Numbered from the stretch's first letter, positions 1 to 10,398 are shown. The stretch: 64,000 bases of DNA from Bdellovibrionales bacterium (GCA_031370005.1 JANMPT010000110.1:32001-96000); one strand, 5' to 3'. The notes: generated from the sequence alone by a model not told the origin. Translations and numbers: made by a program.

Positions 1-167
1 AGCTTCACTATGACCAAGGGGAAGGTTTTAAATGTGTTTGTCCGCAAAACCAGAACAATCTTCATAGCTGTGAACACCGCAATGTCATTTGGGGAACAGC
101 AAGTTTTGTGACTGGCGCTTTTGGTCTTAATATCGCTTCGTGGATTGTACGTGAGGTTCTTAAATAA
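1..167 (+). CDS. tcdA: 3' end of ThiF-family tRNA threonylcarbamoyladenosine dehydratase (partial)
   Basis: Frame from nt 3 reads LHYDQGEGFKCVCPQ...CEHRNVIWGTASFVTGAFGLNIASWIVREVLK*, resembling the TcdA C-terminus. Confidence 0.7.
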   Translation, partial: LHYDQGEGFKCVCPQNQNNLHSCEHRNVIWGTASFVTGAFGLNIASWIVREVLK

Positions 168-277
168 TGAGTTTAATTATATTTTTTGGTGGTGTTAGTG
201 TCGTGATAGTTGTTGGGCTTGCTGTGATTATTCATGGATTCTGTCACTACTATTTTGAAGCTAAAAAAACAAACTGA
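167..277 (+). CDS. 36-aa single-TM small protein
   Basis: TAATG overlap with the upstream stop; MSLIIFFGGVSVVIVVGLAVIIHGFCHYYFEAKKTN. Confidence 0.45.
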   Translation: MSLIIFFGGVSVVIVVGLAVIIHGFCHYYFEAKKTN

Positions 278-297
278 ATAAAAAAGAGGTTTAAATT

Positions 298-1278
298 ATG
301 AATACCAAAGGCGCAATCACGCAATTTGTGGATCATCATTATCGTCATTTCAATGCAGCGGCATTAAAAGATGCGGCCATCGGCTATAAAAAACATATCG
401 AAAACAAAGGCCAGATGCTTGTAACATTAGCTGGTGCTATGTCCACAGCAGAGCTGGGTTTGAGCTTGGCTGAAATGATACGCCAAGGAAAAGTGCATGC
501 GATCTCATGTACTGGAGCAAATCTTGAAGAAGATGTGTTTAACCTCGTTGCACATGATCACTATGTGCGTATTCCTAATTATCGGGACTTGACTCCACAA
601 GATGAGCATAAACTTTTAGAAAAACATTTGAACCGTGTTACCGATACATGCATTCCCGAGGAAGAAGCCATCCGTCGTATCGAAAATGTGGTCCTTGAGT
701 ATTGGCAAGATGCGGATAAAAAGGGAGAAGCTTACTTTCCCCATGAATTTATGTATAAGATCCTTCTCTCCGGCAAGCTCGAGAAGTTCTATCAAATCGA
801 TCCAAAAAACTCTTGGTTGCTTGCGGCCGCAGAAAAAAATCTTCAGATGGTTGTTCCAGGTTGGGAGGATTCAACTTTAGGTAATATTTTTGCTGGTCAT
901 TGCATTAAAGGTGACATCAAAAATGTTCATACTGTTAAAGGTGGTATTCAGTATATGAAGTCATGGGCTGAGTGGTACATGGGGGCTTCTAAAAAAAATC
1001 CAGTGGGTTTTTTCCAAATCGGCGGCGGCATTGCAGGAGACTTTCCAATCTGCGTCGTACCGATGTTGGAGCAGGATTTGGGAAATGAAGATGTCCCTTT
1101 GTGGAGCTATTTTGCACAAATTTCGGATTCTACAACTTCCTACGGTTCTTACTCAGGTGCGATCCCAAACGAAAAAATCACCTGGGGAAAGCTCGCCCCA
1201 ACAACCCCAAGCTACATCATTGAATCAGACGCAACAATCTGCGCCCCCCTAATTTTCGCCTACATCCTCGGCTGGTAA
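298..1278 (+). CDS. Deoxyhypusine synthase-like protein
   Basis: LAGAMSTAELG, CTGANLEED, GSYSGAIPNEKITWGK motifs. Confidence 0.9.
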   Translation: MNTKGAITQFVDHHYRHFNAAALKDAAIGYKKHIENKGQMLVTLAGAMSTAELGLSLAEMIRQGKVHAISCTGANLEEDVFNLVAHDHYVRIPNYRDLTPQDEHKLLEKHLNRVTDTCIPEEEAIRRIENVVLEYWQDADKKGEAYFPHEFMYKILLSGKLEKFYQIDPKNSWLLAAAEKNLQMVVPGWEDSTLGNIFAGHCIKGDIKNVHTVKGGIQYMKSWAEWYMGASKKNPVGFFQIGGGIAGDFPICVVPMLEQDLGNEDVPLWSYFAQISDSTTSYGSYSGAIPNEKITWGKLAPTTPSYIIESDATICAPLIFAYILGW

Positions 1279-1314
1279 AAGGGTACCTGGTTACTTTTTG
1301 CTGCGCACTGCGTT
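1277..1314. repeat. REP-like palindrome after a stop codon (copy 1)
   Basis: aaaagggtacctggttacttttt then gctgcgcactgcgtt; similar to 14026-14062. Confidence 0.45.
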
Positions 1315-1430
1315 GTGGATTCTAGGCATTGTAGTTCAGAATATATTACAAGGGACTGACAAATTGCGCCCATTTTTGACTAAATTGAGATTATATCCAC
1401 CCGGCTTCATAACATGGTGGGGAAAATTTT

Positions 1431-2414
1431 ATGAAAAAGCTTGTCTGGATATTCTTGGCGCTTCTCGTTGTTTCTGTAGCGAATGCCGACAGTGGTAATT
1501 TTGGCACTTATGGTTATGCCTATTGGGCTCCAAAAATTATTAGCGAGTATCTTCAAAAAGTAGACAGTAATTCGGCCGCAGAGGGCCCGACCAAGTGTGA
1601 ACGCTTTTATTCCCCAGCACAGAACAAAGGTGTTTTAGATATTCGCTATGCTTTGGGTTATTTCGATGATTCAAATGGCGAAGCAAAAATTTGGAATAAT
1701 ATTAACTACGGAATGTCTCCAAGTTTAGATATTGAAATTTTTAATGCTCTTCGCAATGAACTCACAGCTTCATGTAAAACCCCAACAATGCGACTTTGTG
1801 GCTTTGAAGAAAGTGGCGATCCACAATCAGGCAAGATAGTTTTACAAAAAGAGCTGAGTCTTCAAGGGAAAAAGATTTTAGTGCGTCTCACGCTTACTCA
1901 GGCCTCCGCAAGTCCTTATTTCTTGGAAAATAAAGGAGCCTTTGCTGACCGTCAAAAAGCCTTGACGAAACAGTCTGAAGAGAACTTTTTCGACGGCTTA
2001 AAAATAGCCGATGTCGTGTTTTACAACGGTCACTCTCGCAACGGAGGCGGACCTGACTTTGCGCCACCAATTTTAAATTCCACGAACCACGTAGATTATA
2101 AAGGCTACTACGAGGTGAATCGTCCAGGTATTATCAAAACTATTACTGCTTTAAAGCAAAATCCAAATCAGAAATTTTTGTTAGGGGTTTTTTCATGTTA
2201 TTCCAGAATGCATTTCTACGATACTTTTATGCGAGCAAATCCAAATCAAGGCTTAGTTTTAAGTGCTGAAACCATAAACTATTTTGATTCTTTGAAAGCC
2301 TCAGTGGGTTACCTTGAAGGCATCTTGCGTGGAACTTGTGGTCAAGAGCTGGCGGATACAGCGAAGCAGGGTGAGCAGCTAAAAGCGGATTTCCAAGGTT
2401 ACAACATTAATTAA
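1431..2414 (+). CDS. Secreted hypothetical protein
   Basis: Signal peptide MKKLVWIFLALLVVSVANA; YNGHSRNGGGPDF motif. Confidence 0.75.
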   Translation: MKKLVWIFLALLVVSVANADSGNFGTYGYAYWAPKIISEYLQKVDSNSAAEGPTKCERFYSPAQNKGVLDIRYALGYFDDSNGEAKIWNNINYGMSPSLDIEIFNALRNELTASCKTPTMRLCGFEESGDPQSGKIVLQKELSLQGKKILVRLTLTQASASPYFLENKGAFADRQKALTKQSEENFFDGLKIADVVFYNGHSRNGGGPDFAPPILNSTNHVDYKGYYEVNRPGIIKTITALKQNPNQKFLLGVFSCYSRMHFYDTFMRANPNQGLVLSAETINYFDSLKASVGYLEGILRGTCGQELADTAKQGEQLKADFQGYNIN

Positions 2415-2427
2415 GTTATTCGAGGAC

Positions 2428-2619
2428 TCAGGGTTTTATTAGTTTTTTTCCGCAGTCATGGCAGAATGTATTGCGTTCCTTGCGCCGGGCCGCGTGTTTA
2501 ATCTCATCACATGAGTTTCTTACGGCTGAGTTTACAATCTCCCCACATCCTGGGCAATACTTCACTGGCGCATTGGTGCGGCAGTGATTCATATTCGAGC
2601 ATCGAGCTTTTTGACTCAT
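2428..2619 (-). CDS. Small Cys/His-rich zinc-ribbon protein
   Basis: CPGCG and CHDCG pairs; starts right after the slyD stop. Confidence 0.6.
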   Translation of the reverse strand: MSQKARCSNMNHCRTNAPVKYCPGCGEIVNSAVRNSCDEIKHAARRKERNTFCHDCGKKLIKP

Positions 2620-2620
2620 G

Positions 2621-3097
2621 CTAATGAAGATATTGGGTTGAAATCATGTTGCATGACTCTTCTATTTCGCCGGGAGTAGCGTCTCTAACCGCAGTGGCTT
2701 CGATGTCAAAAACTAAATCTTGCCCTGCAAGTGGATGGTTCCCGTCTAAAGTCACCATATCACCATGAAATTTACCAACACGATAGACTCTGGCTTGTCC
2801 GGTCTTTGAGACAATAGAAATAGTGTCGCCATCGCGTAATAAAACTTGTGGTGCTAATTTTTTTCGAGGAAATAGAATCACTTTTTTTGGATCGTAAAAT
2901 CCATAGGCTTCTTCTGCTGAAAGGGTAATTAATCTTTTCTCTCCTTTTTTCAGATTTTGCAGCCCTTGGGCTAAACCTTTTAAAAGAGCCTCTTGGCCTT
3001 GGACAGAATTAATCACGTCACGGTTTACAGTGGAGCTGATTAGTTTTCCGGCTTTATTCTTTAGGACACAATTGAAGGAGATAATTTGAATACTCAT
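2621..3097 (-). CDS. slyD: FKBP-type peptidyl-prolyl isomerase, SlyD-like, without His-rich tail
   Basis: AEEAYG and DGNHPLAGQDLVFDIE motifs; start taken at MSIQII. Confidence 0.85.
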   Translation of the reverse strand: MSIQIISFNCVLKNKAGKLISSTVNRDVINSVQGQEALLKGLAQGLQNLKKGEKRLITLSAEEAYGFYDPKKVILFPRKKLAPQVLLRDGDTISIVSKTGQARVYRVGKFHGDMVTLDGNHPLAGQDLVFDIEATAVRDATPGEIEESCNMISTQYLH

Positions 3098-3130
3098 GGC
3101 TTTTTCCTCACTTAAGACAAAGTTTTTAAG

Positions 3131-3163
3131 GCAAAAAGCCGACCTCATCGACCGGCTTTTTGC
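3131..3163 (-). terminator. Intrinsic terminator after the RRM gene
   Basis: gcaaaaagccg...cggctttttgc hairpin with A/T tracts. Confidence 0.6.
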
Positions 3164-3199
3164 TAAGAATACTTTTTCAGCTAGAAAAGGCTCGGGGGC

Positions 3200-3520
3200 C
3201 TAGTAACGTGAACGGTTGCCAAAGCCGCCGCCACCACTGCGTCCACCACCGCCGCCGCCACCAGAGCGAGGCTCTTGAGGTTTTGCTTCAGAGACATTCA
3301 TAGCGCGACCTGAAAGGTCCATGCCATTGAGTTTTTCAATAGCAGTTTGAGCTTCGCCTTCGACTGCCATTTCAACAAATGCAAAGCCTTTGCTGCGACC
3401 TGTTTCACGATCTGTGATTACATTTGCAGAGTCGACAGTACCGAACTCAGCGAAAACACCTTGTAGTTGATTTGAATCAACATTGAAGGAAAGGTTACCT
3501 ACGTAGATTTTTTTACCCAT
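3200..3520 (-). CDS. RRM RNA-binding protein with Gly-rich tail
   Basis: IYVGNL (RNP2) and KGFAFVEM (RNP1). Confidence 0.95.
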   Translation of the reverse strand: MGKKIYVGNLSFNVDSNQLQGVFAEFGTVDSANVITDRETGRSKGFAFVEMAVEGEAQTAIEKLNGMDLSGRAMNVSEAKPQEPRSGGGGGGGRSGGGGFGNRSRY

Positions 3521-3758
3521 ATTTGCCTCCTTAGAAAGCTTGGGGGCCATTCGCAGAAGACAAAAGAACATCTAATGAACTCGAGAACGGACATAACTGA
3601 GAACAGTAGAACATTTATTCATCGATATAGATAGGCTTAACTAGGTTTTGAGTGTTTTAGAATAAACCAATAGGTCTAAGCCTTCACCGCTGAGTTGAAG
3701 AAAAATATTCATATTGCTGTTATGACAATAGACAAAAACCAATAAATAAAAAATGCAT

Positions 3759-5111
3759 TTACTTAATATTTTTTCTTAGAAATGTTTGGATAAGATTTTC
3801 AAATCTTAAGGTTAAGAAAATGGCGATCAACATCAGGCCAATAAAGAGGCCCCACCAAATGCCTCTGCCTTCAAGGCCTAAGTGAAAAGCCATGTAGTAG
3901 CCAATTGGCAAGCCGACAATCCAATAAGCAATAAAAGCTAAAATGGAGGGCCACTGGGTATCTTGAAGGCCGCGCAGTGTTCCTACGACCACAGCTTGAA
4001 TACCATCAAAGAATTGAAAAGCGGCAGCCACTGTTAAGTACGCCGCTGCAAAAGAGATAACTCGTAAATCCTTGGTATAAATACTAGCTAAAAATTCACG
4101 TGCACTAAAAATAAAACCAGCACTTGCTAGCATGTATAGGGCCCCCAAAGCCAGCGCCACTCGGCCAGCATAACGAGCTTTTTCAAAGCATTGAAGACCG
4201 ATCTCGGATCCGACGCGGATTGTGCCTGCAGCACCAATGCCCACAGTGACCAAGAAGCTAATGGATGCCAGGTTTAGCGCGATCTGATGAGCCGCAAGTT
4301 GTACTGCCCCCAACCATCCCATCATAACTGAAGAAAAGGAAAAAGCGCCGACTTCAAACACATACGTAAGACCATTCGGAATGCCGAGGTAAAATATTTT
4401 TTTCAATTTTATGTTTTGAAGAAGTTTTCGCCATCGGTGTGAAAAATATTTTTTAAATTTAGGATGACGGTGAATATATATTATCATTGCTAGAGCCATA
4501 AAGCACCGACTAATGAGAGTTGCAAGTCCGGAACCATTTAAACCCAGGGCTGGAGCTCCCCAATGTCCATATATAAAAATATAATTTCCTAAGATGTTAA
4601 TCAGAATGGCAGCAATCATGACATACATGCCTATGGTGGTTTTACCAATGCCATCGCTGAACTGTTTATATGCTTGATACAAAAGAGAGGGCAGGAGGGA
4701 AGCTATTAAGTAGGAGGCAAATCCAATCGACAGATTTACAACCTCTGTAGTTTGTCCCATATGGGCCATTAAAGGCTTCGCGAGCCAAAGAACGAGCATT
4801 ATCCCTAAGGAAATGAGGGTGGCAGCAAAAACAGTATGACGAAGTAGTTCTCCGCCCTCTTCATGCTCGTCGCGGATATGAGCCTGGGCAAAAAGAGCGG
4901 CAGTTGGTGCAAGCAAACCCACGCCAAACAAAAGAAAGACATAAAAAAGACTTCCGGCGAAGCCTGCGGCACCGAGGGAGTTTGCTCCAAGTCGGCCCAC
5001 CATAATATTATCGGAGAACGTAATTAGAGTTTGGCCAACATTGCCAATAATAATAGGGATTGCCAGCCGCATGGTTTTACGGCTCTCAATAATAAATTTA
5101 GATTGCAACAA
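3759..5111 (-). CDS. MATE family efflux transporter (NorM-like)
   Basis: About 12 TM segments; LAIPII, DNIMVGRLG, AAHQIA, FQFFDGIQ. Confidence 0.92.
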   Translation of the reverse strand: MLQSKFIIESRKTMRLAIPIIIGNVGQTLITFSDNIMVGRLGANSLGAAGFAGSLFYVFLLFGVGLLAPTAALFAQAHIRDEHEEGGELLRHTVFAATLISLGIMLVLWLAKPLMAHMGQTTEVVNLSIGFASYLIASLLPSLLYQAYKQFSDGIGKTTIGMYVMIAAILINILGNYIFIYGHWGAPALGLNGSGLATLISRCFMALAMIIYIHRHPKFKKYFSHRWRKLLQNIKLKKIFYLGIPNGLTYVFEVGAFSFSSVMMGWLGAVQLAAHQIALNLASISFLVTVGIGAAGTIRVGSEIGLQCFEKARYAGRVALALGALYMLASAGFIFSAREFLASIYTKDLRVISFAAAYLTVAAAFQFFDGIQAVVVGTLRGLQDTQWPSILAFIAYWIVGLPIGYYMAFHLGLEGRGIWWGLFIGLMLIAIFLTLRFENLIQTFLRKNIK

Positions 5112-5655
5112 CTTCTTGAATCTCTGGGAAGGCTTCTTTCATGCGAACTTCAATGCCTTCTTTCAAAGTTGCCATCGAGCTTGGGCAACCAGCACAGGCC
5201 CCGCGCATATGAATGTATAAAATATTATTTTCATATCTGTTGAAGACGATATCGCCTCCATCCAAGGCAACTACGGGACGAATTTCGACGTTGAGCAAGT
5301 TTTTGATTTGTTTTACGATTGGGGTATCGCTCAGTGTAGCGTTTGGGGAATCATCAGCAACTACCTGGGCTTTGAGTACGACGGGCTCACCCTTATCAAG
5401 ATGCTCCTGTATGAGCCCTGCTAAAGGCTCAGCTAGTAGACTCCAGTCGACCCAGTCTTGTTTGGTTACAGTGATAAAATCCTGGCCCACAAAGACAGAG
5501 CTTGTCCAGGGAAAGCCAAAAAGCTTGGCGGCTAAGGGGGAGCGCTCAGTGTCGTGAGCTGTGGGGCAATCAAAGGCCTCCTCAGTTACTTGGCGCTGGA
5601 GGAGAAATTTAAGAGTTGCAGGGTTTGGAGTACTTTCAAAAGTTACTTTCGTCAT
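5098..5655 (-). CDS. NifU/Nfu family Fe-S cluster carrier
   Basis: ESTPNPATLKF N-domain; IRP...DGGD...GACAGCPSS. Confidence 0.93.
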   Translation of the reverse strand: MTKVTFESTPNPATLKFLLQRQVTEEAFDCPTAHDTERSPLAAKLFGFPWTSSVFVGQDFITVTKQDWVDWSLLAEPLAGLIQEHLDKGEPVVLKAQVVADDSPNATLSDTPIVKQIKNLLNVEIRPVVALDGGDIVFNRYENNILYIHMRGACAGCPSSMATLKEGIEVRMKEAFPEIQEVVAI

Positions 5656-5797
5656 AAAGGCTCCCTTTATCAAGGCAAGCTACATTATAACAGGCTTTCT
5701 GCCAAGCGTGTTAAGTCCATTTTTAATTACCCAAATTCTTGATTAAAAATAGTAAAATGACTACCTTCTCGGGGTACATTCACTTTATTAGGAGCAA

Positions 5798-6724
5798 ATG
5801 ATGACACCAAGAGTAAGAGAAATTTTAAGTTGGTATGGTGCTGACAACCCAGGAGTCTTAACTAACCTGGCTCGCATGATGAATCACGGCAGACTTGCAG
5901 GCACGGGGAAGCTTGTGATTTTACCAGTAGATCAAGGCTTTGAGCATGGCCCGGCCCGTAGTTTCGCAATGAATCCGGATGGCTATGATCCATCCTACCA
6001 TCTTCAACTCGCAATTGAATCTGGTTGTAGCGCCTATGCGGCTCCTCTTGGTGCTCTGGAGGTTTGCGTTCGCGATTTTGCTGGGGAGATCCCACTGATT
6101 CTTAAAATCAATAACTCAGAAACTCTTTATACAAATAAGTCGCCAATTTCTGCCCTTACCTCGCATATTGACGATGCCCTTCGTTTGGGTTGCGTAGGGA
6201 TTGGTTTTACTATCTATCCTGGCAGCTCTGAAAGAAAAAACATGTACGAGGAAATTGCCATGGCGTCTGCAGAGGCAAAAAAGGCTGGGCTGGCAGTGGT
6301 GATTTGGGCTTATGCCCGCGGCGAACAAATCTCTAAAGAAGGCGAGACAGGTATTGATGTCATTGCATATTCGGCTCATATTGCGGCTCAACTGGGTGCC
6401 CATATTATTAAAGTGAAGCCACCAACAGCTCATATTGAGCAAGAAGCAGCGAAAAAGGTTTACCAAGCTCAGGGAATTAAGGTGTCTACATTGGCGGATC
6501 GCATTCGTCATGTGGTTCAATCTTCTTTTAACGGCCATCGCATCGTGATTTTCTCCGGTGGCGAAGCCAAAAGTACTGAGGACCTCTTGAAAGAGGTGAA
6601 AGAACTTGCAGCTGGTGGTGCCTTTGGAAGCATCATGGGACGCAATGCTTTCCAGAGGCCAAAAAAAGAAGCTATTGCCCTGTTGCATGGTGTGATGGAT
6701 TCCTTTGCAGGAAAAGCACTTTAA
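5798..6724 (+). CDS. fbaB: Class I fructose-bisphosphate aldolase
   Basis: ILPVDQGFEHGP, LGAHIIKVK, GSIMGRNAFQ. Confidence 0.92.
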   Translation: MMTPRVREILSWYGADNPGVLTNLARMMNHGRLAGTGKLVILPVDQGFEHGPARSFAMNPDGYDPSYHLQLAIESGCSAYAAPLGALEVCVRDFAGEIPLILKINNSETLYTNKSPISALTSHIDDALRLGCVGIGFTIYPGSSERKNMYEEIAMASAEAKKAGLAVVIWAYARGEQISKEGETGIDVIAYSAHIAAQLGAHIIKVKPPTAHIEQEAAKKVYQAQGIKVSTLADRIRHVVQSSFNGHRIVIFSGGEAKSTEDLLKEVKELAAGGAFGSIMGRNAFQRPKKEAIALLHGVMDSFAGKAL

Positions 6725-8202
6725 TGTCGACTCATGATAATCCACTCAAGGCAGAGAAACGTCGCAAGCTTCATGCTCTTCGTGAAAAAGGCATTAATCC
6801 ATATCCTTACTCTTACAAAAGAACAGGGCATGCGGGAGAGCTAACTGAGAAGTATGCAAATGCAATAAATGCTGGCGATAAAATGCTTGATTCGGTTTAT
6901 CGAATTGCAGGGCGTTTGATGACTTTGCGCTCGATGGGAAAAGCTTCTTTTTTCAACGTTCAAGATCAAACAGGGGTTTTGCAAATCTATATAAAGGTCG
7001 AAGAACTTTCTGAACAAGAGCGCATAGCTTTTGAATTGATCGATCTCGGTGATATTGTCGGCGTAGAAGGTTATGTGTTTAAGACGCAAAAAGGTGAGCT
7101 TTCACTTTATTGCAAAAAATTTGAAATTTTGACAAAAAGTTTAGAACCTTTGCCAGAAAAATTTCACGGCGTTCAAGATATCGAAATCAAGTATCGTCAT
7201 CGTCATTTGGATTTGATGACAGATCCCGCATCCCGCAAAATTTTTGAGACTCGTTCAAAAATTATTAAAGAGATTCGTCGGTTCCTAGATGATCGTGGTT
7301 TTATGGAGGTAGAAACGCCAACATTGCAGCCGATCTATGGTGGCGCGGCAGCAACTCCATTTACGACTCATCACAAAGCTTTGGATATGAAGCTTTATAT
7401 GAGGATTTCTCCGGAACTTTATTTAAAGCGCCTGATTGTTGGTGGGTTTGAAAAAGTTTACGAGATCAGTAAAAATTTTCGCAATGAAGGCATTGATCGC
7501 ACCCACAATCCAGAGTTTTCATTGCTTGAGTTCTATGAAGCCTACACAGATTATGAATATCAAATGAAACAATTTGAAGAGTTAATTTCGACCTTGGCTT
7601 TAAAAATCCTTGGCAGCATGAAAGTAATTTATCAAGAAAGAGAAATTGATTTTACGCCACCTTGGAGACGTTTGACAGTTTATGACGGTGTCCGCGAGTA
7701 TGCAAAGATCGATCCCGAGAAGATCAGCGATGATGAACTCTTTATTGCTTTGCAAAAATATGGCAGTCGAGAAAAGGAAAAGTATGGTCGCGGTGAAATG
7801 CTTATGGAGCTTTTCGAACTCACAGCTGAGCAGCATTTGTGGCAACCTACTTTTGTGATGGATCACCCGATGGAGGTTTCTCCGTTGACTAAGATCCACC
7901 GCAAAGACAAGCGTTTAGTGGAACGTTTTGAGCCGTTCGCTGCTGGAATGGAAATTGGCAATTCTTATTCAGAGTTGAATGATCCTGAAGACCAATTAGC
8001 GCGTCTGAAAGAACAGGAGGCAAATCGTGATAAAAATGAAGAGGCACATCCTATGGATGAGGACTTCCTCATGGCCATCGATTCAGGCATGCCTCCAACT
8101 GGAGGTGTCGGTATCGGGATTGAACGCATTGTAATGATCCTTGTAGATCGCCCAAGTATTCGCGATATTATTTTCTTCCCAACCATGAAGATCACAAAAT
8201 GA
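6724..8202 (+). CDS. lysS: Lysine--tRNA ligase (class II)
   Basis: OB-fold, FRNEGIDRTHNPEF, GMPPTGGVGIGIER. Confidence 0.98.
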   Translation: MSTHDNPLKAEKRRKLHALREKGINPYPYSYKRTGHAGELTEKYANAINAGDKMLDSVYRIAGRLMTLRSMGKASFFNVQDQTGVLQIYIKVEELSEQERIAFELIDLGDIVGVEGYVFKTQKGELSLYCKKFEILTKSLEPLPEKFHGVQDIEIKYRHRHLDLMTDPASRKIFETRSKIIKEIRRFLDDRGFMEVETPTLQPIYGGAAATPFTTHHKALDMKLYMRISPELYLKRLIVGGFEKVYEISKNFRNEGIDRTHNPEFSLLEFYEAYTDYEYQMKQFEELISTLALKILGSMKVIYQEREIDFTPPWRRLTVYDGVREYAKIDPEKISDDELFIALQKYGSREKEKYGRGEMLMELFELTAEQHLWQPTFVMDHPMEVSPLTKIHRKDKRLVERFEPFAAGMEIGNSYSELNDPEDQLARLKEQEANRDKNEEAHPMDEDFLMAIDSGMPPTGGVGIGIERIVMILVDRPSIRDIIFFPTMKITK

Positions 8203-9131
8203 AATACTTAATTTTGACCCTTACTCTTATTCTAATGTCCTGTGCTCCGAAGCCCACAAAAGTGGTATCAGAAAATCCAATCCTTGCTCGAAGGGAGTCG
8301 CAAAAATCCAAGATTACAGCCGAAACCGTAATCTTGGATGTGCGTGCCCCGTTTGAGTTTAATTTGTCTCATATTCCGGGCTCGATCAATGTTGCTTGGG
8401 AGGATTTCTCTCGCCGATCTCCAGATTATCGAGGATTAATTGAAAAAGATATGCACCCCATCGTTCGGCGCTTAGCTTTGGTCGGCATTGATCCTCAAAC
8501 ACCAGCTCTTGTAGTTGGAAAAGGCTTGTTAGGTAGGGGTGAAGAGGGCCGTGTGGCTTGGACTCTTGAATACCTAGGCATCCAAAATGTTCAATTGGCC
8601 GCGGTAGAGGACTTCCGTGAGCGTCGTGAACATCAGGATGCTCTTGAGATCAAAAATAAAAAATTCTGGACAATACAGCTGGATTTATCTTCTGTGATTT
8701 CCTGGGAAGAGCTTCGGGCGAAGATTGAGGGTTCTGCTTACCCAAGCACAAGGGCCCGAAGGCAGGCCCTTGGTGGCGCAAGTCTTCCGGCGAAGGATGA
8801 GAACTTCGCAGTGATTGATGTGCGTTCGCCAGAAGAGTACTCCATTGATAATCTAAATAAAAGAACACCTCGAGTTTTCCATTTTGATAATATTGATTGG
8901 CGTGAGTTTTTCACTGAGAACATGGATCCAAATCCTATTATCGTGAAGGTTCTCAATGACAAGGGGATCACCCAGATGACCGAAATTGATCTAATCAGTA
9001 ACCACGGTGTTCGTTCGGGCTCTGTCGCCTGGGCATTGCAAAAGATGGGTTATAAAAAAGCCCGTAATTTTGCTGGTGGATACGAGCAAGTTCGCTTTAA
9101 TAAGAAAAATCCACGGGATTCACGCAAGTAA
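8199..9131 (+). CDS. Tandem rhodanese-domain lipoprotein
   Basis: Lipobox LMSC; ILDVR...HIPGS; IDVRSPEEY; Ser at the expected catalytic Cys (ISNHGVRS). Confidence 0.8.
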   Translation: MKYLILTLTLILMSCAPKPTKVVSENPILARRESQKSKITAETVILDVRAPFEFNLSHIPGSINVAWEDFSRRSPDYRGLIEKDMHPIVRRLALVGIDPQTPALVVGKGLLGRGEEGRVAWTLEYLGIQNVQLAAVEDFRERREHQDALEIKNKKFWTIQLDLSSVISWEELRAKIEGSAYPSTRARRQALGGASLPAKDENFAVIDVRSPEEYSIDNLNKRTPRVFHFDNIDWREFFTENMDPNPIIVKVLNDKGITQMTEIDLISNHGVRSGSVAWALQKMGYKKARNFAGGYEQVRFNKKNPRDSRK

Positions 9132-9159
9132 TTTTTGGTTTAACAATAAGAAGTACAGA

Positions 9160-9543
9160 TTAAGGTTTTGCGGCCGGCATCTTAACTTTGAGTTCTTCGA
9201 CTTTGCCCCTAACACGAGACTTAACCGAAAGATCATAGGGCTCGTTCCAAGCGGGTAAATCCAAAACGTCGTAGGCCTCTCCGTTTTCTTTGAACCTCAA
9301 AGTCTCCTGCTTTTTTCCGCCCATAGCCGTCACGGATAGGACTACGTGATCTTTTTTCAGATCTAGTTCTCCAGCTTTTTTTCCGGCAAAGAAAAGTTTT
9401 AAGGACTTATCTCCTGGTACAACTCTCAGAACAAGCAGATGTCCTTGCGCCATATAATTGGGATCATAGGGAGGAGGCTTCTGCGCAAAAACAAAAAAAG
9501 AGGCAGAAGCAAGAACCATAAGTAGAATCCTTAGGGGTTTCAT
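9160..9543 (-). CDS. Secreted hypothetical protein
   Basis: Signal peptide ending VFA. Confidence 0.65.
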   Translation of the reverse strand: MKPLRILLMVLASASFFVFAQKPPPYDPNYMAQGHLLVLRVVPGDKSLKLFFAGKKAGELDLKKDHVVLSVTAMGGKKQETLRFKENGEAYDVLDLPAWNEPYDLSVKSRVRGKVEELKVKMPAAKP

Positions 9544-9555
9544 AAAAATCCTTTG

Positions 9556-10074
9556 TTAGGGACTATAGGGACCCATGGAGTCTAAACCATTTTTATCGGT
9601 TCTTTCTAAAATTCTTTTCAATTTTTTACGAAAATTTCGAATTGTTTTTTTCACCTCAGCAACGAGAACTTGATCCATTTCTAAAAAGGGATGATTCACA
9701 GGTTGATTTTGCGTATCTAGATTGGGTTTTGAGTTCGCGTCAAGATTTTGAGCAACTGCCATCAATGTGATTTCCTCTTCAGAGAGCTGACGGGAGTTCG
9801 TCCCAGCTTCTTCTAGAAACTGACTTTGCTGAGAGACAAGCTGAGTGAGTTTTTGCGATTCAACCTCAGTCAGTGCAAGGGCTATAGAGACCCTCTGCGC
9901 TAACTTATGAGAAAGCGGCCTCTTGGCAGAGAGAATTTCAGAGAGCTGGCCTGATGAAACCCCTAAGGATCTTGCAAATGCTCGCAATGAATACCTTGGG
10001 TTCTTCTCTTTTCTATCATTAAAAATAGAAATTAAATAATCTGCTGCTGTTTTTAAATTGTTTACGTCGACCAT
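9556..10074 (-). CDS. TIGR02147-like HTH protein, short form
   Basis: RKEKNPRYSLRAFARSLGVSSGQLSEILSAKRPLS signature. Confidence 0.75.
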   Translation of the reverse strand: MVDVNNLKTAADYLISIFNDRKEKNPRYSLRAFARSLGVSSGQLSEILSAKRPLSHKLAQRVSIALALTEVESQKLTQLVSQQSQFLEEAGTNSRQLSEEEITLMAVAQNLDANSKPNLDTQNQPVNHPFLEMDQVLVAEVKKTIRNFRKKLKRILERTDKNGLDSMGPYSP

Positions 10075-10398
10075 ATACTCCTCATGTATTTAAACATTGT
10101 TGAGAGTACAATGTTTCGTTTTATGTACAATTAATATTGGAGCAAGTTTGCGATATTTTGTCAAAAAATCTTAACATTTAAAAACAATTTTTTATATATA
10201 AAGTATTTATTCTAAAATAAATTAAATAATTTCAATATGATATAAGTTTTAAATTTTTAACTTGCCGCTTAAATATAGCTATTCATATCAATAAATTGAA
10301 CGTGGCGGATGGCGAAATACTAATGTTCGATGGATTTGCTCGCGTTCGAGGAACTAAACAGCTCACATTTTACGAAAGATTGAGGTAATACTTTTCAG

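Noticed and set aside
3222..3265. ccgccg/ccacca repeats
   Set aside because: Encodes the Gly-rich tail of the RRM protein.
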